DNA from: a virus
Lineage: Duplodnaviria; Heunggongvirae; Uroviricota; Caudoviricetes
DNA length: 38,640 bases
Virus record (IMG/VR): IMGVR_UViG_2671180892_000010
Reading direction: 5' to 3' (one strand)
Part shown: one piece after another, positions 12,201-21,248 of the stretch
How the letters are laid out: each line of letters begins with the position of its first letter
How positions within the stretch are numbered: the first letter of the stretch is position 1
The notes under the pieces: generated by a model
What the model was told of the DNA's origin: nothing
The model's database searches: none
Seen by the model: only the letters and a program-made list of their open reading frames with translations
Program-made: the position numbers and the translations under genes

Positions 12201-12275
12201 GATACGGGGAATTTCATTTTTAAACTCTGCCGCATCAATCCCCAAATCAATGACCAGGTTGGCTATCTGGTCCAT
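9210..12275 (-). CDS. H: tail tape measure protein H
   Basis: About 1021 aa, coiled-coil rich, C-terminus ...NNDGTNGQIGPAALKVVYDLGKK... like lambda H. Probable ATG at 12275 with a GGAGGTG RBS; the ORF track begins at an upstream TTG (12305). Confidence 0.88.
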   Translation of the reverse strand: MDQIANLVIDLGIDAAEFKNEIPRIKNLLNGAASDAERSSARMQRFMERQTQAARQTTQAASSAATAASVHAQTVEKNAQAHERMAREVEKTRQRMEALSQKMREEQAQAMALAEAQDKAAAAFYRQIDSVKQASAGLQELQRIQQQIRQARNSGGIGQQDYLALISEVTAKTRVLTQAEEEATRQKVAFIRQLKEQATRQNLSSSELLRAKAAQLGVSSAAEVYIRKMEQAGKATHSLGLKSAAARQEIGVLIGELARGNLGALRGSGITLANRAGWIDTLMSPKGMMLGGVIGGIAAAVYGLGKAWYDGQKEGEEFNRQLSLTGHYAGVTAGQLWTLSRAISGNGITQHAAAGALAQVVGSGAFRGNDIGMVARAAAQMERSVGQSVSDTINQFKRLKDDPVNAAKALDNELHFLTATQLEQIRVLGDQGRSSDAARIAMSALAEETGRRTADIDNNLNALGSTLKYLSDLWSRFWDAAMNIGREDSLDEQITALQEKVSRAKRLPWTASSSQVEYDQQRLNDLQEKKRQKDLQDAKEQAERNYQEQQKRRNAENAALNRMNETEAARHQREIARINAMQYADQAVRDAAIQRENERYEKALASGKKKTRETRNDEATRLLLQYSQQQAQVEGQIAAARQSAGIATEKMTEAHKQLLALQQRISDLDGKKLTADEKSVLARKDELIQALTLLDVKQQELQKQTALNDLKKKTIQLTSQLAEEERAQRQQHDLDIATVGMGDQQRQRYQVQLSLRQKYQQQLEQLRRDSEQKGTYNTDDYRKAEQALTESLNRQLNENRRYWQQLEVVQGNWKNGVLRAFQDFTVDADNTAGTAEQVFSSAFSNMGNGLATFVTTGKLNFKSFTSSVLSDMAKILAQATMMKSIKGIGSVLGFDLSSLSLNANGGIYQSADLSRYSGTVVNRPTFFAFAKGAGVMGEAGPEAILPLRRGADGKLGVVADIGGSGMAMFAPQYNIEINNDGTNGQIGPAALKVVYDLGKKAAADFMQQQARDGGRLSGAYR

Positions 12276-12974
12276 AACGCACACCTCCGGAAATACCTTC
12301 CCCAAGATGCATCAGTTCTTCGTCCGTTCGCTCCGGTATCCCGTTCTCTTCCGGTAAAAGGCTGAAATCAGCCACCGCAGCATCACTGCTGCCGGACACC
12401 ATTCTCACGATCAATGCCTTCAGCGAGGCAAACTGCGCATCCATCCACACATCACTGAAGCTCTGCATCCGGAAATAATCGCCCCACTCACCAAGCTCAG
12501 TGGCCGACATTTCCGACAGCATCCGCCGCCAGTCTGCCCGCCTGAACTCCCGGGCAAGCCGCATGACAAACTGCATTTCCCGCGTCAGGACTTTTCCGGC
12601 GTCAGCACCTCATGCTCCAAATCCCCGGCATTCTCAATGGCTCCCATACCGCTCAGCGACAGAACCATCTCCGCCCCCGCTCCCAGGGCATCATACGACC
12701 ATGTTGTAATAACGGATGCGCAAAGCGTCTCAACATCCTGAGACTGTTCCGCATTCCACAGTGAGCGGGAAACCAGCCAGGCATTGATATCCATCCCCAT
12801 CCGTAGAAAAGCAATCTGTCGTTCAGCCTCCGGCAGTTCTCCCTCTTCGGCATCAAACTTTGCCGTTCGCTGCTGAACAAACGCCAGATATTCAATTCTC
12901 TGCAGCCCGGACAGCTCACTGAGCACCACGGACTGCTTTTCATAATTAAACGTGCCCTGTTTCAGAAACATCAT
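12247..12974 (-). CDS. T: tail assembly chaperone GT, made by -1 programmed frameshift from G into the T frame
   Basis: The T-frame ORF (12247..12576, ...MQFVMRLAREFRRADWRRMLSEMSATELGEWGDYF...) is in the -1 frame relative to G and stays open upstream through the G stop; conserved G/GT arrangement. Confidence 0.75.
12585..12974 (-). CDS. G: tail assembly chaperone G
   Basis: MMFLKQGTFNYEKQSVVLSELSGLQRIEYLAFV... ...LTPEKS; lambda G-like; ATG at 12974 after a GGTGGAG RBS. Confidence 0.85.
   Translation of the reverse strand: MMFLKQGTFNYEKQSVVLSELSGLQRIEYLAFVQQRTAKFDAEEGELPEAERQIAFLRMGMDINAWLVSRSLWNAEQSQDVETLCASVITTWSYDALGAGAEMVLSLSGMGAIENAGDLEHEVLTPEKS
12591..12597 (-). other. putative -1 slippery heptamer G GAA AAG
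   Basis: Minus-strand GGAAAAG sits 2 codons before the G stop, in the same position as lambda G GGA AAG; the shifted frame reads ...GKVLTREMQFV... Confidence 0.55.
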
Positions 12975-12986
12975 GTTCTCCACCTG

Positions 12987-13011
12987 CAAAAAAGCCCCGG
13001 ATAACCGGGGC
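12987..13011 (-). terminator. intrinsic terminator/attenuator between V and G
   Basis: Minus-strand GCCCCGG-TTAT-CCGGGGC followed by TTTTTT, directly upstream of the G RBS. Confidence 0.6.
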
Positions 13012-13031
13012 AAATGATGAGTATCGTCCTG

Positions 13032-13775
13032 TTAACCTGCGGCGCTGACAGCCACCGTAGCCACTGCCACAAAATCGCCGTCAGAAGTCATGCCCACAAT
13101 GCTGACACTGCCCTGCTTCACGCCTTTCACCGTGGCCACAAGCCCGTTCAGGGTCACCGTGGCAGTCTGTGGATCTGTCGAATGCACACTGATCGCTTTG
13201 TCACTGGCTCCGTCAGGTTTTACTGTAAAGGTCAGCGTGGTGGTTGCTCCCACTTTTACACTGGCAGATGCCGGTGCCACCGTCAGCCCGGTAACGCCCA
13301 CGATTTCAGTGCCTTCCTCTGCCAGATACGGACGCCCCACACCGCTGATTTTCACTGTGCGGGTCATCACGTCTTTTGAGGCAATGGTTTTACCCAGTGA
13401 ACTCAGCCAGCCACGGAAAACATCAACAGTACCGTTGGGATATTTGATACGAAAAGCGCAGACTTCACCGGAGTCGAACAACTGAACCAGTTTTTTCTGC
13501 CCGCTGTCCCCCGGACGCCAGGCCAGCGTCGCCGAAGTATCACCGACTGATTTCTGCCCCTGGGTTGTCGTTTTCCAGTCTGCATCTTCATCATCGAGAT
13601 AAGTGTCATCTTCTGCATCAGCGGTCATTTCGCCAGGTTGCAGATCCTTCACCATCGCAAGACGCAGCCAGTCAGTGTCCGATAAAGGGTTCGCAAACGC
13701 ATCGCCCTTGCCGGTATACATCCAGAACGTCGTTCCCGCACCTTTCGTTTTTGCCAGTGGATTTGGTGTGGTCAT
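13032..13775 (-). CDS. V: major tail protein V with C-terminal Ig-like domain
   Basis: MTTPNPLAKTKGAGTTFWMYTGKGDAF...; ATG at 13775 preceded by AAGGAGGTGGTA; lambda V-like. Confidence 0.9.
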   Translation of the reverse strand: MTTPNPLAKTKGAGTTFWMYTGKGDAFANPLSDTDWLRLAMVKDLQPGEMTADAEDDTYLDDEDADWKTTTQGQKSVGDTSATLAWRPGDSGQKKLVQLFDSGEVCAFRIKYPNGTVDVFRGWLSSLGKTIASKDVMTRTVKISGVGRPYLAEEGTEIVGVTGLTVAPASASVKVGATTTLTFTVKPDGASDKAISVHSTDPQTATVTLNGLVATVKGVKQGSVSIVGMTSDGDFVAVATVAVSAAG

Positions 13776-13785
13776 TACCACCTCC

Positions 13786-14199
13786 TTAATTCGTGTACGT
13801 GATCTGGTACGTGATTTCCGCCATCGCCCAGGTGGCCATCTCATTATCACGTTGATAGTTAAAACCGAGTGGGATCAGGGTGTCGATGAGTCCGGAAAGT
13901 GCTGGTACATCATTCAGGGCCGGGAAAATGGTGCTCTCCATCCACATATCCAGCTCTGAATCCGGTGCCTGTGCCCGGATGAAGACAGCAATATGCAGAA
14001 CAGCCTGCCAGTCATCTTCATCCGTCATTTTTCCGGTGTACTGAGCATCACTCAGCCACACCGCCACGGCAGGCAGTTCCTGCGCATCAACAAATGCCGG
14101 AAGCCCGTCAAAAAACGTGGCGCTGTCTCCACACTGTTCCCGAAGGCGTGCCAGTACGACCTGGCGGATTTGTGTATGTCGGTTCATCGGGTCAGCCAT
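13786..14199 (-). CDS. U: tail terminator protein U
   Basis: ...GDSATFFDGLPAFVDAQELPAVAVWLSDAQYTG... matches lambda U (GATFFDGRPAVFDEADFPAVAVYLTGAEYTG). Start may instead be the ATG at 14187, which overlaps the Z stop (ATGA). Confidence 0.85.
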   Translation of the reverse strand: MADPMNRHTQIRQVVLARLREQCGDSATFFDGLPAFVDAQELPAVAVWLSDAQYTGKMTDEDDWQAVLHIAVFIRAQAPDSELDMWMESTIFPALNDVPALSGLIDTLIPLGFNYQRDNEMATWAMAEITYQITYTN

Positions 14200-14762
14200 A
14201 ACCTCAGTTGTTGTTTCAGTGCATACCCCAGCTGTTTCGGCATTTCCGCAGCAATGATGCGGTCGCGGGCATCTTCAAATGTCTGTGTCAGCGGTCCGGA
14301 CAGCGGGATTTTCACCACATCAATGGGGTAACGATTTTTGCCATCAATACGCCGCATCACATGCCAGCGACCATTCGCCAGTTGCTGAATAAACGCATCC
14401 CGGAAAAGATATTTACCCACCTTCAGCACACTGCCACGGTACTGCAGTTTTCCACCACGCCGGGCCAGTCTGACCCGGGCTGTCCCCAGCTTAATGGCAG
14501 GCAGATTGCCCCGGTTAACGCGGATCCTGGCCGTCATTTTTCCTGACGGACTGGCTTTAAACACCCGGACACGCTGACGTACCAGTTTCAGGGGGATCCC
14601 TTTCACCTGGTTATCTCCCGCAACGGTATTCCCGGCAACCTGCCGGGTGGCAACCGAGACCGCTTTCTGTGCCACACGGTTTATCGCCCATGCGCTGGCC
14701 TGTGGCACCATACGGGTATCAAGGCTGTTCAGATTGCGGATGGCATTCTCAAGCCCCTTCAT
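14184..14762 (-). CDS. Z: tail completion protein Z
   Basis: 192 aa, MKGLENAIRNLNSLDTRMVPQAS... ...NGRWHVMRRIDGKNRYPIDVVKIP..., lambda Z-like. Confidence 0.88.
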   Translation of the reverse strand: MKGLENAIRNLNSLDTRMVPQASAWAINRVAQKAVSVATRQVAGNTVAGDNQVKGIPLKLVRQRVRVFKASPSGKMTARIRVNRGNLPAIKLGTARVRLARRGGKLQYRGSVLKVGKYLFRDAFIQQLANGRWHVMRRIDGKNRYPIDVVKIPLSGPLTQTFEDARDRIIAAEMPKQLGYALKQQLRLWLTR

Positions 14763-14773
14763 CCCACACCTCT

Positions 14774-15049
14774 TTACTCAATAAAGATCATTGGCTTACC
14801 GTTAAAGCGTTCATGCCGTGTGACCGTCCATTGTTGTCCGTCATAAACAACGCGATCACCGCGCCGTGGGCGGTATCCCGAAGAAAACACCACCAGAGAG
14901 ACCGCAGGTCCGGACAGAGCATTCAGCTCTGCCAGTGTTTCTCCCGGGATCACAGTCATATCGACATCATTAATCGAGGCTGTCTTTCCCATCTTTCTGA
15001 CCGTGATAGCATCCATACGCGCTGCCAGCCGGGAAAAGGGATCAGACAT
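14774..15049 (-). CDS. putative head-tail joining protein (FII position)
   Basis: 91 aa ORF between the capsid module and Z, overlapping its neighbour by 8 nt; called by synteny only. Confidence 0.45.
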   Translation of the reverse strand: MSDPFSRLAARMDAITVRKMGKTASINDVDMTVIPGETLAELNALSGPAVSLVVFSSGYRPRRGDRVVYDGQQWTVTRHERFNGKPMIFIE

Positions 15050-15365
15050 TGAGTTTTACCGGCACTTCTTCTGCACTGGTTCCGGCATCTGCCCAGACAA
15101 CCCCGACCAGCGGATCAGAGCCGCTGTTAGTCAGCTGAATTTTTCCGGACTTCAGATAAACCTTCTTACCCGTTTTCATGTCATCCGTTTTCAGCTTAGG
15201 CAGCATAAACACACCTTCGGTCATGCCGTCGCCTGTTTCACCCTGTGGAATATCGGTCAGCGCCACCGCAAAAACATCGCCCACCTGCACCAGATCTCCG
15301 CTGCTGATGGCTGCACTGGCAACAATCGCCACCGTTTTTCCTTCTTCTACAAAATTCTTTGCCAT
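15042..15365 (-). CDS. small head protein, possibly DUF2190-type decoration protein
   Basis: MAKNFVEEGKTVAIVASAAISSGDLVQVGDVFAVALTDIPQGETGDG...; ATG at 15365 after a GGAG RBS; immediately downstream of the capsid gene. Confidence 0.4.
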   Translation of the reverse strand: MAKNFVEEGKTVAIVASAAISSGDLVQVGDVFAVALTDIPQGETGDGMTEGVFMLPKLKTDDMKTGKKVYLKSGKIQLTNSGSDPLVGVVWADAGTSAEEVPVKLNV

Positions 15366-15408
15366 AACTGTCTCCGCACAGCCCCGTTCAGGGGCTGATT
15401 TCAGGTAC

Positions 15409-15428
15409 AAAAAAAGCCCTTACGGGCC
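15409..15428 (-). terminator. weak intrinsic terminator downstream of the capsid gene
   Basis: Minus-strand GGCCC-GTAA-GGGC hairpin followed by a T7 run, with a second hairpin AGCCCC-TGAAC-GGGGCT before the next RBS. Confidence 0.4.
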
Positions 15429-15451
15429 ATCAGAGTTGTTGTCTGCGACGT

Positions 15452-17410
15452 TTACGCCGTACATTTCACCAGACCGCGGTGATCAACTGGCGCGACACCG
15501 GCGTCAATACGCACTTTCGTTGTCACGCCATCCACACTGAAGCCCTCCATCTGATCAATATATGGCGTATCCACACCGTTGAGATAAGCCACTTCAATCG
15601 TATCGGAGCCTTTTGACGCAGCCAGGTAGAAGGTGGTCTGGCTGTTATCATCAAGACGAGGCTCTGCAATAACGGTCGCAAAATCTTTCACCGGGTTAAT
15701 AATACCGGCGTTAATGTCAGCCCCCTTGACACTTGAGGAGCGAATGACCTGGTTAGCAACAGACTCCATCGCCGTCGGTACCAGTACGAACGCAGGACGA
15801 ATATTCAGATGACGCTCCCCCTCTTTCTGAACGCGCATCAACTGGCGGGCTTTATCCAGCGATGCCACGTCCATTGCAGCGCTCTCCAGTACGTTTGCAT
15901 GTTTCGCTTTATCGAACAGGCTTACATTATCTGTGGAGATTTTCGGGTTAGACGTCAGAATGGCATAAACCAGATCGGCAATAGTGGATTTCGCCGCACG
16001 GCCCAGTTTCATCGGGACATCGGTCAGCATATTCAGATCATCATTGATAATGGCCTGACGGGTGATACTGAACAGCTCGCCATAGGTCGCCAGTGCAATA
16101 GTGGCCTGTTTATCTCCGGTGGTGACGTATTTATATTCCGCCCCTTCACGCACCTGACGCAGAGCACTGAAGCCCCCCATACCCACACGATGGGCAATTT
16201 TAAAATCAGACAACTGACCTTTCCGCGTCCACTGTTCATAGGTTTCAGGGGCATCTTCCCAGCCCTGCAGAATGGCTTTGTTCGCAACATCCAGCAGAAT
16301 ATTACCGAAGTCAGACGTACTGTGTGTGAACGCCGCACCGACCATCTGCATCGGGTTATAACCGGAAACCCCAATACCCCGTTCAGTTAGTGACATACGG
16401 GCATATTCACGCAGGGTCATCCCGTTGTAGACATTATCACGTTCGGTTTTTTCAAATCCGGCACGCGCCATCAGCGCCTGGCGAATCCCGTCCCCCACAA
16501 AATTACCGTTACCGGCATAAATATGAGCCGGGGTATTTTTATTGGATGGCGTGGACTCGCGCCCCATCTCGTTCAACAGCTTTTCACGGGCCTGCTCCAG
16601 CGAACATTCAGGATCGGCAAGACACTGAGCCTGCAGCGTCTGATAACGCCCGCCAAACATGGCAAACAGATCACTAATACCGTTTACACGCGCTTTTTGC
16701 TCTGCCAGTACCTGCGCACGGATGCTGTTTTCATCCACCACGGGTGCTGCTGCCTGCACTGGCGTCCGGGAGGCTTCAGATTCATTATCCTGTACGCGTG
16801 GAGCACTGTTGCGTGGCGGAGTAATCATGTTTCGAATGGATTCCGGCATCTTTTTAAATTCCTCTGTACGTTTTGACTGAATACATGCCATTGCCTTAAC
16901 GGCTGGCGTTACCTGATCAGCAAATCCATGTGCCAGACATTCGGCACCGGACATCCAGGTCTCATCCGCCAGCATGGCAGCAATTTCATCGGTGGTTTTC
17001 CCGGTTTTCTGTGCATAAGCGGGTAACAGAACCGCCTCAACTTTATCGAGCAGGTCGGCATAGGTGCGCATGTCCTCCGCATCACCGCCCGTAAAGCCAA
17101 ATGGTTTATGAATCATCATGAAGGTGTTTTCCGGCATAATGACCGGGTTTCCTACCATCGCAATGACCGACGCCATTGACGCCGCCACACCGTCGACATA
17201 AACGGTAATGGACGCACCATGTGTTTTCAGCGCATTAAAAATGGCGATGCCTTCAAAGACATCGCCACCCGGTGAATTAATATGGAGATTAATGTGGGTG
17301 ATATCGCCCAGTGCATTCAGATCACTGATAAACTGCTTCGCTGTAACACCCCAGAAACCAATCTCGTCATAAATATAAATATCCGCGTCACTCTGGTGAC
17401 CAGCCTGCAT
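15452..17410 (-). CDS. prohead protease (ClpP/S14-like) fused to HK97-fold major capsid protein
   Basis: N-terminal ...DADIYIYDEIGFWGVTAKQFISDLNALGDITHINLHINSPGGDVFEG... is ClpP-like; the C-terminal ~350 aa is capsid-like. Start taken as the ATG at 17410 just after the portal stop; the ORF track extends to 17671. Confidence 0.75.
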   Translation of the reverse strand: MQAGHQSDADIYIYDEIGFWGVTAKQFISDLNALGDITHINLHINSPGGDVFEGIAIFNALKTHGASITVYVDGVAASMASVIAMVGNPVIMPENTFMMIHKPFGFTGGDAEDMRTYADLLDKVEAVLLPAYAQKTGKTTDEIAAMLADETWMSGAECLAHGFADQVTPAVKAMACIQSKRTEEFKKMPESIRNMITPPRNSAPRVQDNESEASRTPVQAAAPVVDENSIRAQVLAEQKARVNGISDLFAMFGGRYQTLQAQCLADPECSLEQAREKLLNEMGRESTPSNKNTPAHIYAGNGNFVGDGIRQALMARAGFEKTERDNVYNGMTLREYARMSLTERGIGVSGYNPMQMVGAAFTHSTSDFGNILLDVANKAILQGWEDAPETYEQWTRKGQLSDFKIAHRVGMGGFSALRQVREGAEYKYVTTGDKQATIALATYGELFSITRQAIINDDLNMLTDVPMKLGRAAKSTIADLVYAILTSNPKISTDNVSLFDKAKHANVLESAAMDVASLDKARQLMRVQKEGERHLNIRPAFVLVPTAMESVANQVIRSSSVKGADINAGIINPVKDFATVIAEPRLDDNSQTTFYLAASKGSDTIEVAYLNGVDTPYIDQMEGFSVDGVTTKVRIDAGVAPVDHRGLVKCTA

Positions 17411-17423
17411 CCTGAACCAGGAA

Positions 17424-18932
17424 TTATTCTTCGGACTGGTCGTCGGTGTGCTGCGGCTCCTGTCGTTTCGTTGCGGCACTACTGCCTCCTTTATCACTGG
17501 CCGGATCGGTATCAAATACCAGATCCAGCTTGCGGTTTTCATCAATTTCGGCCTTGCGCCGACGTTTGACATCATCCGGATTACGACCACCAGCACGTAC
17601 CCAGTCTGATTCTGTCGCCGCTCCACCACGAATCTGGATTTTCCAGGCCTCAGCCTCCTTAACAGGGTCAATCCACGGCATCACTGGTCCGGAATACACC
17701 GCGGTATACAGTGAAGAACGGTCAAGATCGCGGGGTAGCCTGATAACACCGGATGCCACAGCCTGTTTCAGCCATGCACGATACATCGGGCGGGTGACGG
17801 CACCAATAAACCAGTCCTGCAGGATCAGGTAGCCATCAGTGGATTCAACCAGCTCCTGACGCTGGGCGCTGTAAGTGCCGTTATAGTTGCGCGCTGTACT
17901 GGAAAAACTCAGACGACTGCCCGCCGCCACGGCACGCAACTGACCATTACGAAAAGTTTCAAGGTTAGGATTGGGGCGATCCGACTTCACCATTCCGATT
18001 TCTTCGCCGGGTTTCAGATCGTCGTAAATAATGCCCGGCTGAATGGTAAGCTCACGTTCATTCTCCTTTCTGCCATTACCATCCGGTTCATAGCTCTGCC
18101 CGTCGCCTTTCCGGATGTACATCCCCAGAGCAGCGGCGATCCTTGCTGCAGTCAGCTCAGAATCTTCATATTCTTTCAGGGCACTGAGGCGGATCAGCAC
18201 ACCGGACAACAAAGACGTCCCGCGCATCTGGTGCAGACGGCGAACAAATTTAAGATGCAGCATTCGCTCTGCATCCACTTCTTTGGTTTCCATCTGCCGT
18301 CCGGATACGGGACGGCTTTTATACACCAGATATTTTTCGGGACGCCCCCAGTCATCAACAAACACGCCCTGATTCAGCCTGTTGCTCTCATCACTGGTCA
18401 TGGGAATAAAGTCCGGCTCGAGCGCCTCCAGCCAGAAATGAACACCGGCAGAAGGCGCCAGGCTGTTTATGCGCCCGGAAACCATCTGGGCAAACACCTC
18501 ACCATCGCGCAGCCAGGTACGAAGCATCAGACGTTCCAGCATCGGACGGGTAAACTGCCCGGTGACTTCCGGGCTGACAGACCATTCACTCCATCGGGTG
18601 CGAATCTCCGCAGCCAGGTCACGGGCAATGGCCCCATTGCGTAATACCGGATGTGGCTCGACAATAATCCCGTTTTTCCCCACCACCCGTTCTTCCAGCT
18701 TGTCAAATACACCAATAACCAGATCGTGGTTGTTATCAAGGTAACGGGCCTGCTCACGTAACGACACGGCCCCGTACTGGCTTAACTGGTCGGCAGTTCG
18801 GTTCTCCCGTCGGGCTTTGTGTGTCCGCGTCGTTTTTACGGCCTCATAAGCCTGGATCACCGCACGGGAACGCAGCCTTGCCGCTTTCCATCCTGGTGAA
18901 AAAACGCCAATCACATCATCAAGAATTGCCAT
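17424..18932 (-). CDS. B: portal protein (lambda B-like)
   Basis: MAILDDVIGVFSPGWKAARLRSRAVIQAYEAV...; ATG at 18932 overlaps the W stop (ATGA). Confidence 0.88.
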   Translation of the reverse strand: MAILDDVIGVFSPGWKAARLRSRAVIQAYEAVKTTRTHKARRENRTADQLSQYGAVSLREQARYLDNNHDLVIGVFDKLEERVVGKNGIIVEPHPVLRNGAIARDLAAEIRTRWSEWSVSPEVTGQFTRPMLERLMLRTWLRDGEVFAQMVSGRINSLAPSAGVHFWLEALEPDFIPMTSDESNRLNQGVFVDDWGRPEKYLVYKSRPVSGRQMETKEVDAERMLHLKFVRRLHQMRGTSLLSGVLIRLSALKEYEDSELTAARIAAALGMYIRKGDGQSYEPDGNGRKENERELTIQPGIIYDDLKPGEEIGMVKSDRPNPNLETFRNGQLRAVAAGSRLSFSSTARNYNGTYSAQRQELVESTDGYLILQDWFIGAVTRPMYRAWLKQAVASGVIRLPRDLDRSSLYTAVYSGPVMPWIDPVKEAEAWKIQIRGGAATESDWVRAGGRNPDDVKRRRKAEIDENRKLDLVFDTDPASDKGGSSAATKRQEPQHTDDQSEE

Positions 18933-19150
18933 CAGAACCTCGCCAGCCGGTACCCGGGATGCCCCCGTCGTCGTGTAATCAGAGCCGCAAGGCGGCGCTC
19001 CCACTCCTGCCGTCCCTGCCGGATCTCAGATAAGTTTTCCATGGTCATCTGCTGACCATTAAAGGTGACGGATTTTCCGTCCAGCACCGCCATTTCAGCT
19101 TCCGTATAACGCTGAATCATGGCTTCGATATCATTCTGGTTCATAACCAT
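18932..19150 (-). CDS. W: head-tail joining protein W-like
   Basis: 72 aa ending ...ITRRRGHPGYRLARF (lambda W ends ...QRRRGPAGFYV); sits between terminase and portal. Confidence 0.6.
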   Translation of the reverse strand: MVMNQNDIEAMIQRYTEAEMAVLDGKSVTFNGQQMTMENLSEIRQGRQEWERRLAALITRRRGHPGYRLARF

Positions 19151-21240
19151 CCTCCGGAAGTCAGCCAGGGGTTAACATCGTCAGTTACTGTTTTCTTCCG
19201 TTTTTGTTTTTTAACAGGCGTGGATACCGGTTCCGGTGAGGATGACGGTTCGGTACTGTCCTGGACACACTCCAGCCAGGTCTCCCGGCTCGCCCACTCC
19301 GGTGCATCCGGCCAGCGGATCTTTTCGTATCCATGCAGAATGACCAGAGCCTCGGCATACACCATCAGGTCAAAAGCTTCGTTGGCACCGCGACCCGGCT
19401 TACTCCATTTCCCGTCACTGCTCCGCTCTTCATACGTCAGTTCGTCGTAAAACCAGCTCCCCAGCCAGTCAGGGAAATGCACATAGCCTGGACCTGGCGA
19501 GTCACGCCATAACGCGTTATTCACCCGGTCTTTCAGGGCATCCGTCTGAAGAAGCCAGAGCGGCACATCACCTGCGGCCTGCGCCCGGCGGCCCGTTCGT
19601 CCGGTGTTATCAGGGAATGTACGGCTGATCAGTTTTGCGCGCCGGATGCTGTCACCCTTAAACAGGTAAATACGTTTACCAAGGCCATCACGACGGCAAC
19701 GACGCCAGAATTTATAGGCATTATCAGTGACCCCGTCTTCACCGCCGGAGTCCACCGCCATTGCCATCAGTCGCATTTGTTGAGAAGGATCGGAGGCCAG
19801 CGGCCAGCTTTTATGAAAAACATCCGTCAGCAGGACATCCCAGTCTTCCGGATAGCTGGCCGGATCAATTCGCTGGCTCTCCCCGTCGCAGTCACTGCGC
19901 AATGACTGCGTGATGTTGTAACGATCAATAATCCAGCGTTCGCCACGACTGCCATAGCCCGTTACCTGAACCACAAAACGGCGATGACGTCCCGCCTGCA
20001 CATCCACTGTCGCCACAAGGAAATTAACGCCATCCGGCACACTGCGGGAAGGAACTAGCTCTGCCCGCTGCTCAAGCAGTTCACTTTTTCGTTGCTCCAT
20101 GCTGGCACGAGGAAGATAAGGCAATCCCCAGTCGGTGTTGATAACCGCCCTGAGTGTTTCTTCGCTTCCTGTCGCTTCATACTCCTGTTCTGCAGTCAGT
20201 AATTTGTAAACCAGTTGCGCCCAGGTCTGATACGCAGCAGCTGGCCCTTCCATCCAGAAACTGGCGATACGGGAGCGGCGCGGTTCACCGGAAACGTTGC
20301 CGTTACGATCAATGACCTGACCTTCACGCAACCAGACTCCTGCACTATTGAGCTCACGCTTTTTCTCCGCAGTGATAATGCCGCTGCAGTGCGGGCAAAG
20401 TAGATACGCCGCCTCACTGGCTTTAAAGGGATCCGGTTCATTACGGTAGCCGGTCATGGCATCCATGGCTGGCTGAAAATATTCACCGCAGTGCGGACAT
20501 GACCAGTACCAGCGGCGGCGGTCACCACGATTGTAAAGGGAAAGAATACCAGTCGTCGGTGGCGCTTCATGAGGCGACTTACGTCGCCATTTGCTGTCGC
20601 AGATGTCACGTCCCGGCGAGCTCTCCACCAGAGTCATCCCGGCGGACATAAATGTGGTGGTACGTTTTGAGGCCAGGGAGAAACCATCACCCTCGCTGTC
20701 GATATTCTCCGGAAAACGGTCGTAATCGGTTAAGGCGACAAACCGGTAATCCGACGACGACATAATGTTGACCGAGGGCCAACCAATTTTAAGGAACGAG
20801 CCATCCCTGAACGTCTTATCATGGACATTATTGTCGTTACGACGTGGACTCATTCTTTTCTTTACCGCCGCACTGCTTCTGAACGTTCTGTCGAGGCGCT
20901 TTTTAGAATGCTCGCGGGCCTTATCTTCGGTCATCTGCACAACGAGCATGTCCGAAGGATCGCAAACGATGGTATAGACAATCCATCCATCGATCAGACC
21001 AATGGTCTTCCCTGTTCGCGCAGGACCAACAAAAATCACCGCATCGTATTCACGCGATGCCAGGCAGTTCATGGGCTCAATGATGTAGGGTGTCAGTTCA
21101 GGATCCCATGGCACCGAGTTACCAGCCCCCTTGGGAACACGCATGAATTTTTTAACAGCCTCCGAAATCGGCATGCGACGTGGTGGGGAAAATCCTGCCG
21201 ATATGTCCCTTCCCAAATTTCGGGCTGATGAAAAACCCAT
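19141..21240 (-). CDS. A: terminase large subunit (GpA family)
   Basis: 699 aa; ATG at 21240 after a TAGGAGGAATA RBS; internal ...VNFLVATVDVQAGRHRRFVVQVTGYGSRGERWIIDRYNI... resembles the lambda A nuclease region. Confidence 0.88.
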   Translation of the reverse strand: MGFSSARNLGRDISAGFSPPRRMPISEAVKKFMRVPKGAGNSVPWDPELTPYIIEPMNCLASREYDAVIFVGPARTGKTIGLIDGWIVYTIVCDPSDMLVVQMTEDKAREHSKKRLDRTFRSSAAVKKRMSPRRNDNNVHDKTFRDGSFLKIGWPSVNIMSSSDYRFVALTDYDRFPENIDSEGDGFSLASKRTTTFMSAGMTLVESSPGRDICDSKWRRKSPHEAPPTTGILSLYNRGDRRRWYWSCPHCGEYFQPAMDAMTGYRNEPDPFKASEAAYLLCPHCSGIITAEKKRELNSAGVWLREGQVIDRNGNVSGEPRRSRIASFWMEGPAAAYQTWAQLVYKLLTAEQEYEATGSEETLRAVINTDWGLPYLPRASMEQRKSELLEQRAELVPSRSVPDGVNFLVATVDVQAGRHRRFVVQVTGYGSRGERWIIDRYNITQSLRSDCDGESQRIDPASYPEDWDVLLTDVFHKSWPLASDPSQQMRLMAMAVDSGGEDGVTDNAYKFWRRCRRDGLGKRIYLFKGDSIRRAKLISRTFPDNTGRTGRRAQAAGDVPLWLLQTDALKDRVNNALWRDSPGPGYVHFPDWLGSWFYDELTYEERSSDGKWSKPGRGANEAFDLMVYAEALVILHGYEKIRWPDAPEWASRETWLECVQDSTEPSSSPEPVSTPVKKQKRKKTVTDDVNPWLTSGGWL

Positions 21241-21248
21241 TATTCCTC

